Shown piece by piece: positions 37,866 through 46,927 of a stretch of DNA of 64,000 nucleotides. Location: contig JAFWDK010000027.1 of assembly GCA_017513085.1 (NCBI GenBank), positions 160,564 through 224,563 of the forward strand, given 5' to 3'. A program made the position numbers and the translations under genes. The notes beneath the pieces were generated by a model that was given only the letters and a program-made list of their open reading frames with translations, made no database searches and was not told the DNA's origin. How positions within the stretch are numbered: position 1 is the first letter of the stretch; each line of letters starts with the position of its first letter. The stretch is from Clostridiales bacterium (GTDB lineage: Bacteria > Bacillota > Clostridia > Saccharofermentanales > Saccharofermentanaceae).

Positions 37866-38417
37866 TCATTGTATCATTTCATTTCCGAAATGGTCGAGTG
37901 CTTTTACCACGGGAACCGACAAAAATGCGATCACTCCTCCGGCAAAAGAACTGGCCACCATCAGCCATGGCAAATATGTCACGATGTAGATCGTGCGCGT
38001 CACAAACAGCGCGACCAGGATCTGCCCCAGAGCATGCATCGCCGCCCCGCCTATAGAAACGCCGAATACTGATACCAGGCGAAGCTGACTCAGAAGGCAC
38101 ATCGTGCTCCAGGCCGCCACGCCGCCGATCAGCGAGAAGGAAAATCCGACGACATTCCCGCCGAACGCCAGAAGCAGCAGGGACCGAAGGACCGCCACGG
38201 CCAGCGCTTCTCTCTTGCCGACAGAATACATCGTCACCAGGATCGCGATGTTGGCAAGGCCCAGTTTCCAGCCCGGGATCGGAAGGATCCCCTGCGGAAG
38301 GAGCCATGCCTCCAGCACGCTCAGGACAAGTGCCAGCGACAGCATCATGGCCGTCTTGGTCAGACGGACAGTCGTGCGTGTATGCAGTATTTTCGAAGTT
38401 TCACCCGACTTACTCAT
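37866..38417 (-). CDS. Gx transporter family protein (often annotated heptaprenyl diphosphate synthase component I)
   Basis: IPGWKLGLANI, VSIGGAAMHALGQ. Confidence 0.88.
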   Translation of the reverse strand: MSKSGETSKILHTRTTVRLTKTAMMLSLALVLSVLEAWLLPQGILPIPGWKLGLANIAILVTMYSVGKREALAVAVLRSLLLLAFGGNVVGFSFSLIGGVAAWSTMCLLSQLRLVSVFGVSIGGAAMHALGQILVALFVTRTIYIVTYLPWLMVASSFAGGVIAFLSVPVVKALDHFGNEMIQ

Positions 38418-38869
38418 ATCGACACCGCATCCGGTTCCCCGGTCTCTTCGCTTCCGCCGACGATCTGCACCACCAGCCGGTTAGGAAGGCACACCGCGCC
38501 ATCGCCGGTATGTTTGAGTGATCCGGTCTTCACGCAGATCTGATCCTCGCAGGAACTCTCTTTCACATAGACCTCTTCGGAAGAAAGATAGATCACGACC
38601 GTGCCGTGCTCACCTACGACAGAATACTCGACCGGCTCGGCAAACCTCGTCAGCGCACTTTCCAGAATGACCTGTCCATCCAGCGTGATCCGCACATATT
38701 TCGCCTTTTTATCGGTCATTTTTCCCTGGAAAAAGAACCCGAGCCAGAAAACGACGCAAAAGACCAGGATCACGAGAATGATCAACAGGTCGCCCGGCAA
38801 AAACCGGAAACGTCTTTGGACATCTGTTTTCCGGTCAGAAGCTTCTAACCGTCCATCCTTCTTCGGCAT
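38414..38869 (-). CDS. NusG domain II-containing membrane protein
   Basis: GDLLII..TM; SSCEDQICVKTG...AVCLPNR. Confidence 0.9.
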   Translation of the reverse strand: MPKKDGRLEASDRKTDVQRRFRFLPGDLLIILVILVFCVVFWLGFFFQGKMTDKKAKYVRITLDGQVILESALTRFAEPVEYSVVGEHGTVVIYLSSEEVYVKESSCEDQICVKTGSLKHTGDGAVCLPNRLVVQIVGGSEETGEPDAVSI

Positions 38870-39905
38870 GCACGCTCTCCTTCCATTCTTCGTTTACCCA
38901 CGCGGTGCCATCCTCAGAAAGCAGGATGCACCCGATACCTTTCGTCTTTGCATATTCTTTTGCTTTTTCCGTTCCCATCGCAAAAAGCACTGTCGACAGG
39001 ATATCTCCTTCTGCGCCGTTTGTTGTGATGACCGTGGCCGAAAGAAGGTCCGTCTCCACCGGCCGTCCTGTCGTCGTGTCCATGATGTGCCCGTAGCGCA
39101 CGCCGTCTACTTCGATGTAGCGCTCGTACGCGCCACTCGTGATCACGCTCATCGGTGCGGATGCTTCCTTTTTCGGAAGATCCACCTTCACCGCCAGAAC
39201 CGAAAGCTCCCTCGGCGAAACCACGCCGATGACGAGTGCTTTTTCCGCATCAAAAGCACAGATATTTCCGCCGAGATCGAGTATCGCGCGGCGGACTTTG
39301 TACTTCGCGATCTCCTGCATCAGGGCATCGCCGATATAGCCCTTGGCCGCGCCGCCGAGGTCCACGACCGTGCCCTCTTCCACATACGCGCGGTTGTCCG
39401 GAAGGAGATGGATGCGGCTGTGATCCACGCGGGACAGGGTCTCTTCGATCCTGGCATCCTCCGGTATTTTTCTTTCATCCTTCCCGAAGCCCCAGGCGTC
39501 CATGAGCGGGCCGACCGTGGGATCGAAGATGCCGTCCGTGTCTTTTGCAAACCAGAGCGTCGTCGAAAGAAGTTTGTACGTCTCTTCCGAAAGCGTCACG
39601 GGTTCTTCTTCCGTGGCGTGGTTCAATCGGTCGATCTCGCTGCCTTCTTTGGTCCTGGAAAACTTGTCTTCCAGTTCCGTAAGACGTCTCGCCGCGGCCG
39701 TAAATGCTTCTTCGGATTGCTGCCCGGTGACCGTGATCGAGACAAACGTATCCAGCGCCAGGATTGTCCCGGTCTTGGTCGTTTCTTTCTTTTTGCAGGC
39801 AGTAAGAAAAGTGGATGCGAAAACAAGCACCGCCAGCGCAAAAGCTGTCCGTGCACAAAGGGTGCTTTTTCGAAGTCCGTGGGGGGACCCCTGCTTATGT
39901 CTCAT
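38835..39905 (-). CDS. apbE: FAD:protein FMN transferase (lipoprotein)
   Basis: LTAC lipobox, FDPTVGPL, DLGGAAKGY, TSGAYERY, HIMD. Confidence 0.95.
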   Translation of the reverse strand: MRHKQGSPHGLRKSTLCARTAFALAVLVFASTFLTACKKKETTKTGTILALDTFVSITVTGQQSEEAFTAAARRLTELEDKFSRTKEGSEIDRLNHATEEEPVTLSEETYKLLSTTLWFAKDTDGIFDPTVGPLMDAWGFGKDERKIPEDARIEETLSRVDHSRIHLLPDNRAYVEEGTVVDLGGAAKGYIGDALMQEIAKYKVRRAILDLGGNICAFDAEKALVIGVVSPRELSVLAVKVDLPKKEASAPMSVITSGAYERYIEVDGVRYGHIMDTTTGRPVETDLLSATVITTNGAEGDILSTVLFAMGTEKAKEYAKTKGIGCILLSEDGTAWVNEEWKESVHAEEGWTVRSF

Positions 39906-40115
39906 CTGTCCACCTCTTCATTGCTTTTCCATGCTACAACCGATTATAGCAGACTTGCACGCCCTGCGCGGTATCGATTGTTCGTGTCGTCGCGTGCACA
40001 ATAGTAGCAGGGATACAGTAAGGCAGTGGTAATATTTTTGCCACAGGTTGTAATGTTTTCCTTTCGTTGTGGTTTATATATGTAGAAGGCCTTAACAAAC
40101 GAGGAGGTGCTCTAT

Positions 40116-40973
40116 ATGAAAAGAAATACTTTGATCTATCGGATCGCCGCAGCCGCCATGTCGCTTACACTGATGCTCGGCGCCGCCGCTTGTAAAAAGA
40201 AAAATCCGTTCAAAGATAAGTCTACGGTGTCTCTTACCGATCCTCAATCCGTAAAGTTCGATATGTCTGTCGAGATGCTGGGCAGCCGTAAGGTCCTGGT
40301 CACGTTGGAAAACAAAAGTGATTCCACCTATATCACCGGAGAGCCGTATTACCTTGAATACCAAGACGGGAAAGACTGGTATCAGGTCCCCGCAACAGGA
40401 ATCTTCACGATGCAGGCATACGTTATCGCGCCGGAAGGAGATCCGCAGTTGAGCCACGTCTGGTCGCAGAAGATCTTTCTTTCCGATTACAATAAGGATA
40501 TTGATCTCCCTGCCGGTCATTATCGCCTGATCAAGAACGTCATCCTTGATGAAGACAACGAGTCTAAAACCGATAAAGTATGTCTGGCCGCTGAATTTGA
40601 CCTGAAGAAGGAAGTTGCCGATTCTCCTGAAAAATCCAAGATCACCGATGATCAGATCATCTCGGCTGATGAGTATAAACTTCCGGTTTCCGGCGTGGAA
40701 CTAACTTCTGAAAAAGAAATGAGAGTCACCATCGGAACAGCAAGATTGGCAATGGGCGGCAGATCGTTCGTTCTCCAGTTCAAGCAGGATGATGTGTGGT
40801 ACACCAAGGAGATCAAGGGGCTCGGCGAAGATAGCGATATCTCAGCGGAATACGGCACTTTGTACATTTACCCGGCAGAGCCCTTCGCGAAGGGTACGTA
40901 CCGTCTCCTGCAGGAGCAGAGCAGAGACTCTTACGGGAAAACGATCTACGCCGGCTATGAGTTCACCGTCTAA
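40116..40973 (+). CDS. Lipoprotein with two Ig-like domains
   Basis: AAAC lipobox; repeated motifs LPAGHYRLIK and FAKGTYRLL. Confidence 0.8.
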   Translation: MKRNTLIYRIAAAAMSLTLMLGAAACKKKNPFKDKSTVSLTDPQSVKFDMSVEMLGSRKVLVTLENKSDSTYITGEPYYLEYQDGKDWYQVPATGIFTMQAYVIAPEGDPQLSHVWSQKIFLSDYNKDIDLPAGHYRLIKNVILDEDNESKTDKVCLAAEFDLKKEVADSPEKSKITDDQIISADEYKLPVSGVELTSEKEMRVTIGTARLAMGGRSFVLQFKQDDVWYTKEIKGLGEDSDISAEYGTLYIYPAEPFAKGTYRLLQEQSRDSYGKTIYAGYEFTV

Positions 40974-41022
40974 GTTCGCCATCTGAGTTCATCATCTGAT
41001 ACTGACGATCCGACATAACCTC

Positions 41023-41062
41023 GGGCGCGCTCTGTTTTTCACGATAAAAACAGGGCGCGTTC
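41023..41062. terminator. Hairpin between convergent genes
   Basis: GGGCGCGCTCTGTTTTT / AAAAACAGGGCGCGTTC. Confidence 0.65.
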
Positions 41063-41083
41063 TTGTTATCCCGAAGGATCGGA

Positions 41084-42184
41084 TCAGGGCATGTTCTGGT
41101 ATTCCGAAAGAAGAGCTTCCACTTCCGGGACCGTGTTGGCCGTCATCAGGCGGTTCTTGATCTCGGCGGTGCCGCGTCCGCCCTTCAGATAAAAGGCGAT
41201 CTGCGCGCGCATTTCCTTGACACCGGTGGTCTCGCCAAGCTGGCCGCAAAGGCCGAGCAGATGCCGGCGGATCACTTCTACGCGTGTTTTCCTGTCCGGG
41301 GCCAAATGGGCCGAATGGGTCGAAGAGGCCGAAGCGCTCGTCCGCGTAGAGACATTCGCTTCCGCTGCTGTTGCGGCCGGAGCCGGGTCCGTTTCCGCAG
41401 CTAGTGCCGCGCGAATCTCGGCAAACACCCACGGGTTTCCCTGTGCGGCACGCCCGACCATGACACCGTCCGCGCCGGTCTGCTCCAGCATGTTGATTGC
41501 CGAAGCGCCATCCTTAACATCACCGTTTCCCCATAGCGGAATGCCGGTATCGGCGATCGCTGCCTTCGTTTTGGTGATCACTTCCCAGTCCGCCTGCCCA
41601 TGGTACATCTGGGTCTGCGTTCTGGCATGGAGCGCCAATCCCGCGGCGCCGGCCTGGACGCACATCTTCGCAAACTCGGGGGCAGTGATATGTTCTTCGT
41701 CCCAGCCGGAACGGAATTTGACGGTAACGGGTTTCGCGTACGGGGCGGCGGCGCGCACACAGGCGCGAATGATCTTTTCCGCCTGCACGGGATCCTTCAT
41801 GAGCGCCGATCCGGAGCCGGTCTTGACGACCTTCGACACCGGGCAGCCCATGTTGATATCAATTATATCGACGCAGGAAAGCCTCGGATCTTCAAGCAGA
41901 AACGGAATAGCATACGCGAAATCTTCCGGATCAAAACCGAAGAGCTGGATCGCGGTTTTTCCTTCGTGTTCCGGATCTATCTCAAGATAGCGCATACTGT
42001 GCTCCAAAGACTCCTTGAACCGGATGCCTCTGGCAGAGACCAGCTCGGTCACACCCAGCGCTGAACCGCACTCATGTGCGATCGTGCGGAAGATACATGT
42101 ACTCGTCCCGGCCATCGGCGCAAGCGCGATATTCCAAGGGATCACAACATTTCCTATAGAGATTGGGTGTAAGTGCTTTTTCAT
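41084..42184 (-). CDS. dusB: tRNA-dihydrouridine synthase
   Basis: LAPMAG, DINMGCP, HART, GNGDV, VMVGRAAQGNPW. Confidence 0.93.
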   Translation of the reverse strand: MKKHLHPISIGNVVIPWNIALAPMAGTSTCIFRTIAHECGSALGVTELVSARGIRFKESLEHSMRYLEIDPEHEGKTAIQLFGFDPEDFAYAIPFLLEDPRLSCVDIIDINMGCPVSKVVKTGSGSALMKDPVQAEKIIRACVRAAAPYAKPVTVKFRSGWDEEHITAPEFAKMCVQAGAAGLALHARTQTQMYHGQADWEVITKTKAAIADTGIPLWGNGDVKDGASAINMLEQTGADGVMVGRAAQGNPWVFAEIRAALAAETDPAPAATAAEANVSTRTSASASSTHSAHLAPDRKTRVEVIRRHLLGLCGQLGETTGVKEMRAQIAFYLKGGRGTAEIKNRLMTANTVPEVEALLSEYQNMP

Positions 42185-42330
42185 AAGAGAATAATACCAT
42201 AAAACGTTACGCCGAAATTCACGGAATTTTAACCGAATCACAAGCGAATTTAATTGAATTTATCGTTCAGAAATTGTAATATCTAACATAGCAATTGAGA
42301 TGGTGAGGAGCTATCGGAAAGGAGAGGAAT

Positions 42331-42870
42331 ATGCCATCACGTATTTCACGTCGCGAATTAAAAGTTTTAGACTGGATCTATATGCATATGCGCTGTAAGA
42401 CATTTGACAAGATCATGCCGTTTCTCTCTTTGACAGGAAACTTCGGCATCATCTGGTTTGCCGCAGCGGCTACATTCTATTTTACCAACCTCAATCCTGA
42501 GGCCGGTGTTTGTATCCTGCTGGCTCTGGCGTGCAGCCTTCTGTTCGTTAATCTTTTCCTGAAGAGGGTCACGAAGCGTCCGCGTCCGTACGAGGTCCGT
42601 GGAGAAGACCGCAAGATCCTGATCAAGCAGCCGAAGGATTTTTCCTTTCCGTCGGGACACACATTCTCTTCTTTCGCCGCGGCCACAGCAATCGCCCACT
42701 TCTCTCCGAAGCTCGGTATCGCCGCTCTGCTCTATGCCGCCGGTATCGCATTTTCGAGACTGTACCTGTATGTACATTACATCTCCGACGTACTGACCAG
42801 CGCGATCTTCGGTGTTGTAACAGGCATCCTCGTCAGCTATCTGTACACGAACGGAATTATCATTTTCTAA
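42331..42870 (+). CDS. PAP2 family phosphatase
   Basis: KRVTKRPRP, SFPSGH, SRLYLYVHYISD. Confidence 0.93.
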   Translation: MPSRISRRELKVLDWIYMHMRCKTFDKIMPFLSLTGNFGIIWFAAAATFYFTNLNPEAGVCILLALACSLLFVNLFLKRVTKRPRPYEVRGEDRKILIKQPKDFSFPSGHTFSSFAAATAIAHFSPKLGIAALLYAAGIAFSRLYLYVHYISDVLTSAIFGVVTGILVSYLYTNGIIIF

Positions 42871-42910
42871 CGATTGCCGGTGATTCGATCCACCTCTAAA
42901 CAAGTTTAAA

Positions 42911-43361
42911 AGGGGCTGTCTCAAAACTACGAGAGGGTCCCTTTTCTTGTGGGCGAAAACCAGGTGGTATGGGTTTACCGGATAGATGATGGTATTTCAT
43001 TTTTTGATCACGAGTTCTTTTCCCGCATAAATATCTGATCCGTTTTTCTACATACCCCCAGGGGGTATGTAGACATTTTTGAAGATGTGAATTCATACCA
43101 AATTCAATTCTTTTCAGAAAAAGTATGCATTTCTTTCCGCTCTGTTGTTAAATTGATGGCCTGAAGTAACAGATCCAAGTGCTTTTCGTACGGGATGAAA
43201 GCAGTATTGGTCTTTCCACTCTCTGATATGTGCCGATATGGGGGAGGGGGCATAGGAAAAATGCATACTTTTACACGTTTTTTTCTAAAAAAGTATGCAG
43301 AGCTTCCGGCTCCACCTGACTGATCGTTATAACCCGGCAGTATGGGTTTGAGACAGCACCT
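42911..43361. mobile_element. MITE-like non-coding element, about 450 bp
   Basis: Terminal inverted repeats AGGGGCTGTCTCAAA / TTTGAGACAGCACCT (14/15 match); no credible internal ORF. Confidence 0.55.
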
Positions 43362-43428
43362 GTTTTTCGTACCTTGGTGCCACATCTTAACGCGATATCT
43401 TGAAATTGGCGTGGTCAGCCAAGCTTGC

Positions 43429-43866
43429 TCAGCGCTCCATCTTCCCTCTGCAGTCCTTGCAGTATCCGAAGACCTCGACTTTGTGGCCCACGACCATGAA
43501 ATCGGAATCCTTCGTGTGCAGTGCGTGCTCATCGGCAAAAGGACACGCCTCGAGTTCCGTTCGCTTTTTGCAGTTGATGCAGATCGCGTAGTGGTGGTGT
43601 CCCGTTGACGCCGGCGCATAGATGCTCTCGGCATTGTTCGCAAGTAACGACTTTGTGACGAGATGTTCTTTTTCAAAAGCATCCAGTGCACGATATACGC
43701 TGGACAGCCAGACGGTCTTTTCCTTTTTCTCTTCCGAAGGCGCCAACGCCAGTTCCGCCGCCCTTTGCGCGATTTCTCTCGCGGTCAGGGGCGCATCCGA
43801 CTCGTGCAGGATCTTCCAGACGATTTCTCTCGATTTGGTTTTCCGGATCGAAGATGGAAATTCCAT
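43429..43866 (-). CDS. Fur family regulator, probably Zur
   Basis: SSVYRAL, HHHYAICINC, GYCKDC; last gene of the znu operon. Confidence 0.88.
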   Translation of the reverse strand: MEFPSSIRKTKSREIVWKILHESDAPLTAREIAQRAAELALAPSEEKKEKTVWLSSVYRALDAFEKEHLVTKSLLANNAESIYAPASTGHHHYAICINCKKRTELEACPFADEHALHTKDSDFMVVGHKVEVFGYCKDCRGKMER

Positions 43867-43868
43867 GA

Positions 43869-44747
43869 TCAGACACCTCCTTCTTTTCCGCTTTGTGCGT
43901 TCTTGCCGCCGGCCGTCCGGGAAGCACTTTCTTCTCCGATTCCACGTCGTCCCCGCAGGTACCCGATACCCCGAAATACAAGGAAGAAGCCTACCGAAAT
44001 CAGAACGATCGTGCCGCCCGGTTTCAATCCGAGATAGAAAGAAAGAACGAGTCCGCCGACCGTGGATGTAATCGCCACAAAAGCCGCCCACAGAACTGTC
44101 GTCTTGTAGCTTCGGGCGATCCCCATCGCTGCGGCAACCGGAACGACCATCAAAGAGGAAATGATCAGCGCGCCCACCGTTCTGGCGGCAATCGAGATCG
44201 TCACCGCAGTCAGGATCGTAAAGATCGCGTTGACCGCACCCACCGGAACACCGGCGATCGCTGCAGCCTGTTCATCAAAAGAAATGAAAAACAGTTCTTT
44301 GTAAAGAAGGATAAAAGCCAGAAGCACCACAGCCGAAAGGATCACCACCAGCTTGGTCTCCCAGGAGCTGATTGCCACGATGGATCCGAAGAGAAAACTG
44401 TTGAAGTCCGCGGAGCTTTTCACAAATCCCGCCAGTACACCGGCCAGTCCGATACCTGTTGAAAGGACGATCGCCACCGCCAGCTCAGAATGGTTTCCGA
44501 GTTTTTTGCGGATCGCTTCGATGGCAAAAGCAGCCACCACGCATGTTGCCATTGCGCCGACGATCGGATTGAATCCTCCCAGAAGGCCCAGAGCCACGCC
44601 GGCCAGCGAAGAGTGGGACAACGCGTCACCGATCAGGGACAGACGCTTGTGGACCATTACCGTACCCAGACAAGCCACCAGCACCGCCAGCAGCACGCCT
44701 ACCAGAAGTGCTCTCTGCATATACGCATATTGCAAGATATCCGGCAT
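43869..44747 (-). CDS. Zn/Mn ABC permease (ZnuB)
   Basis: GDALSHSSLAG, FLFGSI, VGALIISSL. Confidence 0.92.
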   Translation of the reverse strand: MPDILQYAYMQRALLVGVLLAVLVACLGTVMVHKRLSLIGDALSHSSLAGVALGLLGGFNPIVGAMATCVVAAFAIEAIRKKLGNHSELAVAIVLSTGIGLAGVLAGFVKSSADFNSFLFGSIVAISSWETKLVVILSAVVLLAFILLYKELFFISFDEQAAAIAGVPVGAVNAIFTILTAVTISIAARTVGALIISSLMVVPVAAAMGIARSYKTTVLWAAFVAITSTVGGLVLSFYLGLKPGGTIVLISVGFFLVFRGIGYLRGRRGIGEESASRTAGGKNAQSGKEGGV

Positions 44748-44748
44748 A

Positions 44749-45639
44749 TCACTCCACCTCCTTCTCTTTATTCTTAACAGAAGGCGCATGCGCATGAATA
44801 TGCCCTCCGTGCACATGAAAATCCGTACAATGACTGCATTCCGCGCAGTGTTGCGCATCATGCGCAAAAGATCCTTTTTTATCCGCATGTTCACAGTTCG
44901 CGCAGTGAATGTGCTCGGCATTTCCGTGTGCATGACTGTGCGCATGGGCATGTACGATCGTCGCGTCCGGCAGTGCCTCCTCGCGGCAGGCGCCCTCCGA
45001 GAGACAAAGTACACGGTTTGCATACGGGCCTACTTTTTCGATATCATGTGTCACCATCACGATGGTAACATTTTTCTCAATATTCAAGTGATGCAGGATG
45101 TGCAGCAGCCGGTCCACCGACTCCGCATCCACTCCGACCGTCGGCTCGTCAAGGATCAGCACCTCCGGATCCCCCGCCAGCACCCGCGCAAGCATGACAC
45201 GCTGCTGCTGTCCACCCGAAAGCTCTCCGATCAGCGCCCGGCGCTTATCCTGCATATCAACGGCAGTCAGAGCCTCCAGGACCTTGGCGCGATGTGCTTT
45301 TCCGGGGAAACGCGCAAAGCCGATCTTTCTATACAAACTGCTCATAACGATCTCTTCACATGTCGCCGGAAAAGCAGCCGCGCGGCTTCCTCCGTTCTGC
45401 GGCAAATATCCGATATTCGTCTTTGAGATCGACACCAGTTTCTTGCCGCCTACCCGGATCTCGCCGGATGTCGGCTTCAGGACACCGAGCAAAAGTTTGA
45501 CCATCGTGCTCTTGCCCACGCCATTGTCGCCGATGATAACCGCGAAATCCCCCTTCTCCACAAAGAACGAGACGTGCTCCAGCACGTTATTCTGTGTGTA
45601 GCCGAAAGACAGATCATTTACTTCGATGACTTTCTCCAT
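44749..45639 (-). CDS. Zn/Mn ABC ATPase (ZnuC) with a His/Cys-rich tail
   Basis: GDNGVGKST, LSGGQQQR, LDEPT. Confidence 0.93.
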   Translation of the reverse strand: MEKVIEVNDLSFGYTQNNVLEHVSFFVEKGDFAVIIGDNGVGKSTMVKLLLGVLKPTSGEIRVGGKKLVSISKTNIGYLPQNGGSRAAAFPATCEEIVMSSLYRKIGFARFPGKAHRAKVLEALTAVDMQDKRRALIGELSGGQQQRVMLARVLAGDPEVLILDEPTVGVDAESVDRLLHILHHLNIEKNVTIVMVTHDIEKVGPYANRVLCLSEGACREEALPDATIVHAHAHSHAHGNAEHIHCANCEHADKKGSFAHDAQHCAECSHCTDFHVHGGHIHAHAPSVKNKEKEVE

Positions 45640-45658
45640 TCGCGTTCTCCTTCCCGCG

Positions 45659-46660
45659 TCAGCCCAGCGCCTTCTTGATCGCCGCAAGATTGTCCTGCAT
45701 GACAGAAAAATAATCTCGTCCCGCATCAATGTCTGCCTGTGTCAGCCCGTCAAGCGGCGAAAGCGCTTGCGTGCTGCATCCTGCTTCCTCCGCGATGGTC
45801 TGCGCCACCTTCGGGTTCACCAGCTCCTCGAAAAAGATGCATTTGACGCCATACTGCGCCACCAGATCGATGATCTCGCGCATTCTCGCCGCATCCGGTT
45901 CCTGGTCCGCCGACACGCCTTCGATGCCCAGCTGTTTCAGTCCGTACTCCCGGCAAAGATACCCGTACGCCTCGTGGGCTACCACGATATACTTGCCCTC
46001 CGCGCCCGCGAGCGCCGTGGCAAATTCACCGTCCAGCTTGTCGCATTCGTCCTTCGCCGCCTGGTAATTCTTGTCATAGTCGGAGGCATGCGCCGGATCG
46101 ATCTTCTTCAGCGCCTCCGCAATATTCTTCATCTCGATGGCCGCATTCTTCGGTGACAGCCACACGTGCGGGTCGTACTCGCCATGGTAGTGCCCGGCGC
46201 CCTCGTGTTCGTGCTCCTCATGCTCATCGTGGTCGTCATGATCGCCCTCCCAGAGCTTGATCAGTTCCACGCCGGAACTCGCCTCGAGCACCGTCAGGTT
46301 CTTATTCTGGACACCCTTGAGGACATCCTCCGCCCAGGTCTCCATGCCCGCGCCGCTATATACGAAAAGGTCCGCCTCCTCAAGCTGCATCATGTCCCTT
46401 GTGGACGGCTCCCAGGCATGCGGCTCCGTTCCCGCCGGCACCATCATAGACACCGACACGAGATCCCCGCCGATCCGCTTTACAAAATCGTACATCGGGT
46501 AGATCGATGCCAGAACCTTCACCTTTCCTTGCGCATCTTTTCCAAAGCCTTTTGCCTTACACCCTGGCAGAAGCACTCCTCCTGCAAGGATCATCGCGCC
46601 GCTCAAGAGCGCTGCGGCACACGACTTTATCTTTCCGAATATGCTCGTATTGTTTTTCAT
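45659..46660 (-). CDS. Zn-binding lipoprotein (ZnuA/AdcA)
   Basis: EPHAWEP, His-rich loop, DPHVWLSP, HEAYGY. Confidence 0.94.
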   Translation of the reverse strand: MKNNTSIFGKIKSCAAALLSGAMILAGGVLLPGCKAKGFGKDAQGKVKVLASIYPMYDFVKRIGGDLVSVSMMVPAGTEPHAWEPSTRDMMQLEEADLFVYSGAGMETWAEDVLKGVQNKNLTVLEASSGVELIKLWEGDHDDHDEHEEHEHEGAGHYHGEYDPHVWLSPKNAAIEMKNIAEALKKIDPAHASDYDKNYQAAKDECDKLDGEFATALAGAEGKYIVVAHEAYGYLCREYGLKQLGIEGVSADQEPDAARMREIIDLVAQYGVKCIFFEELVNPKVAQTIAEEAGCSTQALSPLDGLTQADIDAGRDYFSVMQDNLAAIKKALG

Positions 46661-46685
46661 ATGTTCCTCATGTTTAACTCATATT

Positions 46686-46706
46686 AATTGCGAATGATTC
46701 GCAATT
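46686..46706. promoter_or_regulatory. Zur/Fur-type operator
   Basis: Perfect 10-1-10 palindrome AATTGCGAAT-G-ATTCGCAATT about 26 nt upstream of znuA. Confidence 0.85.
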
Positions 46707-46927
46707 GCAGAAAGAAGTATAGACGAAAAGCATACACAGTGCAAGTTCTTTTGGAAAAGAATTCCGGATAGTGAGTAAATATAGAATTATAGGATGTTCA
46801 AGCACCTGTAAAGATGGTAAAATAATTTTAGGTTTTTGGGGTAACGCAGATTTCAATTTTGGCTAATTTATTTTTCCATTTCAGATCTCTCGGGTATCCT
46901 TTTACAATTTTTTAAGGAGGATTCATT

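Noticed and set aside
43104-45729. Long N-terminal extensions of Fur, ZnuB and ZnuC, and ORF 43104-43691 in the ORF track
   Set aside because: GC-rich alternative starts overlapping upstream genes; RBS-supported starts are 43866, 44747 and 45639
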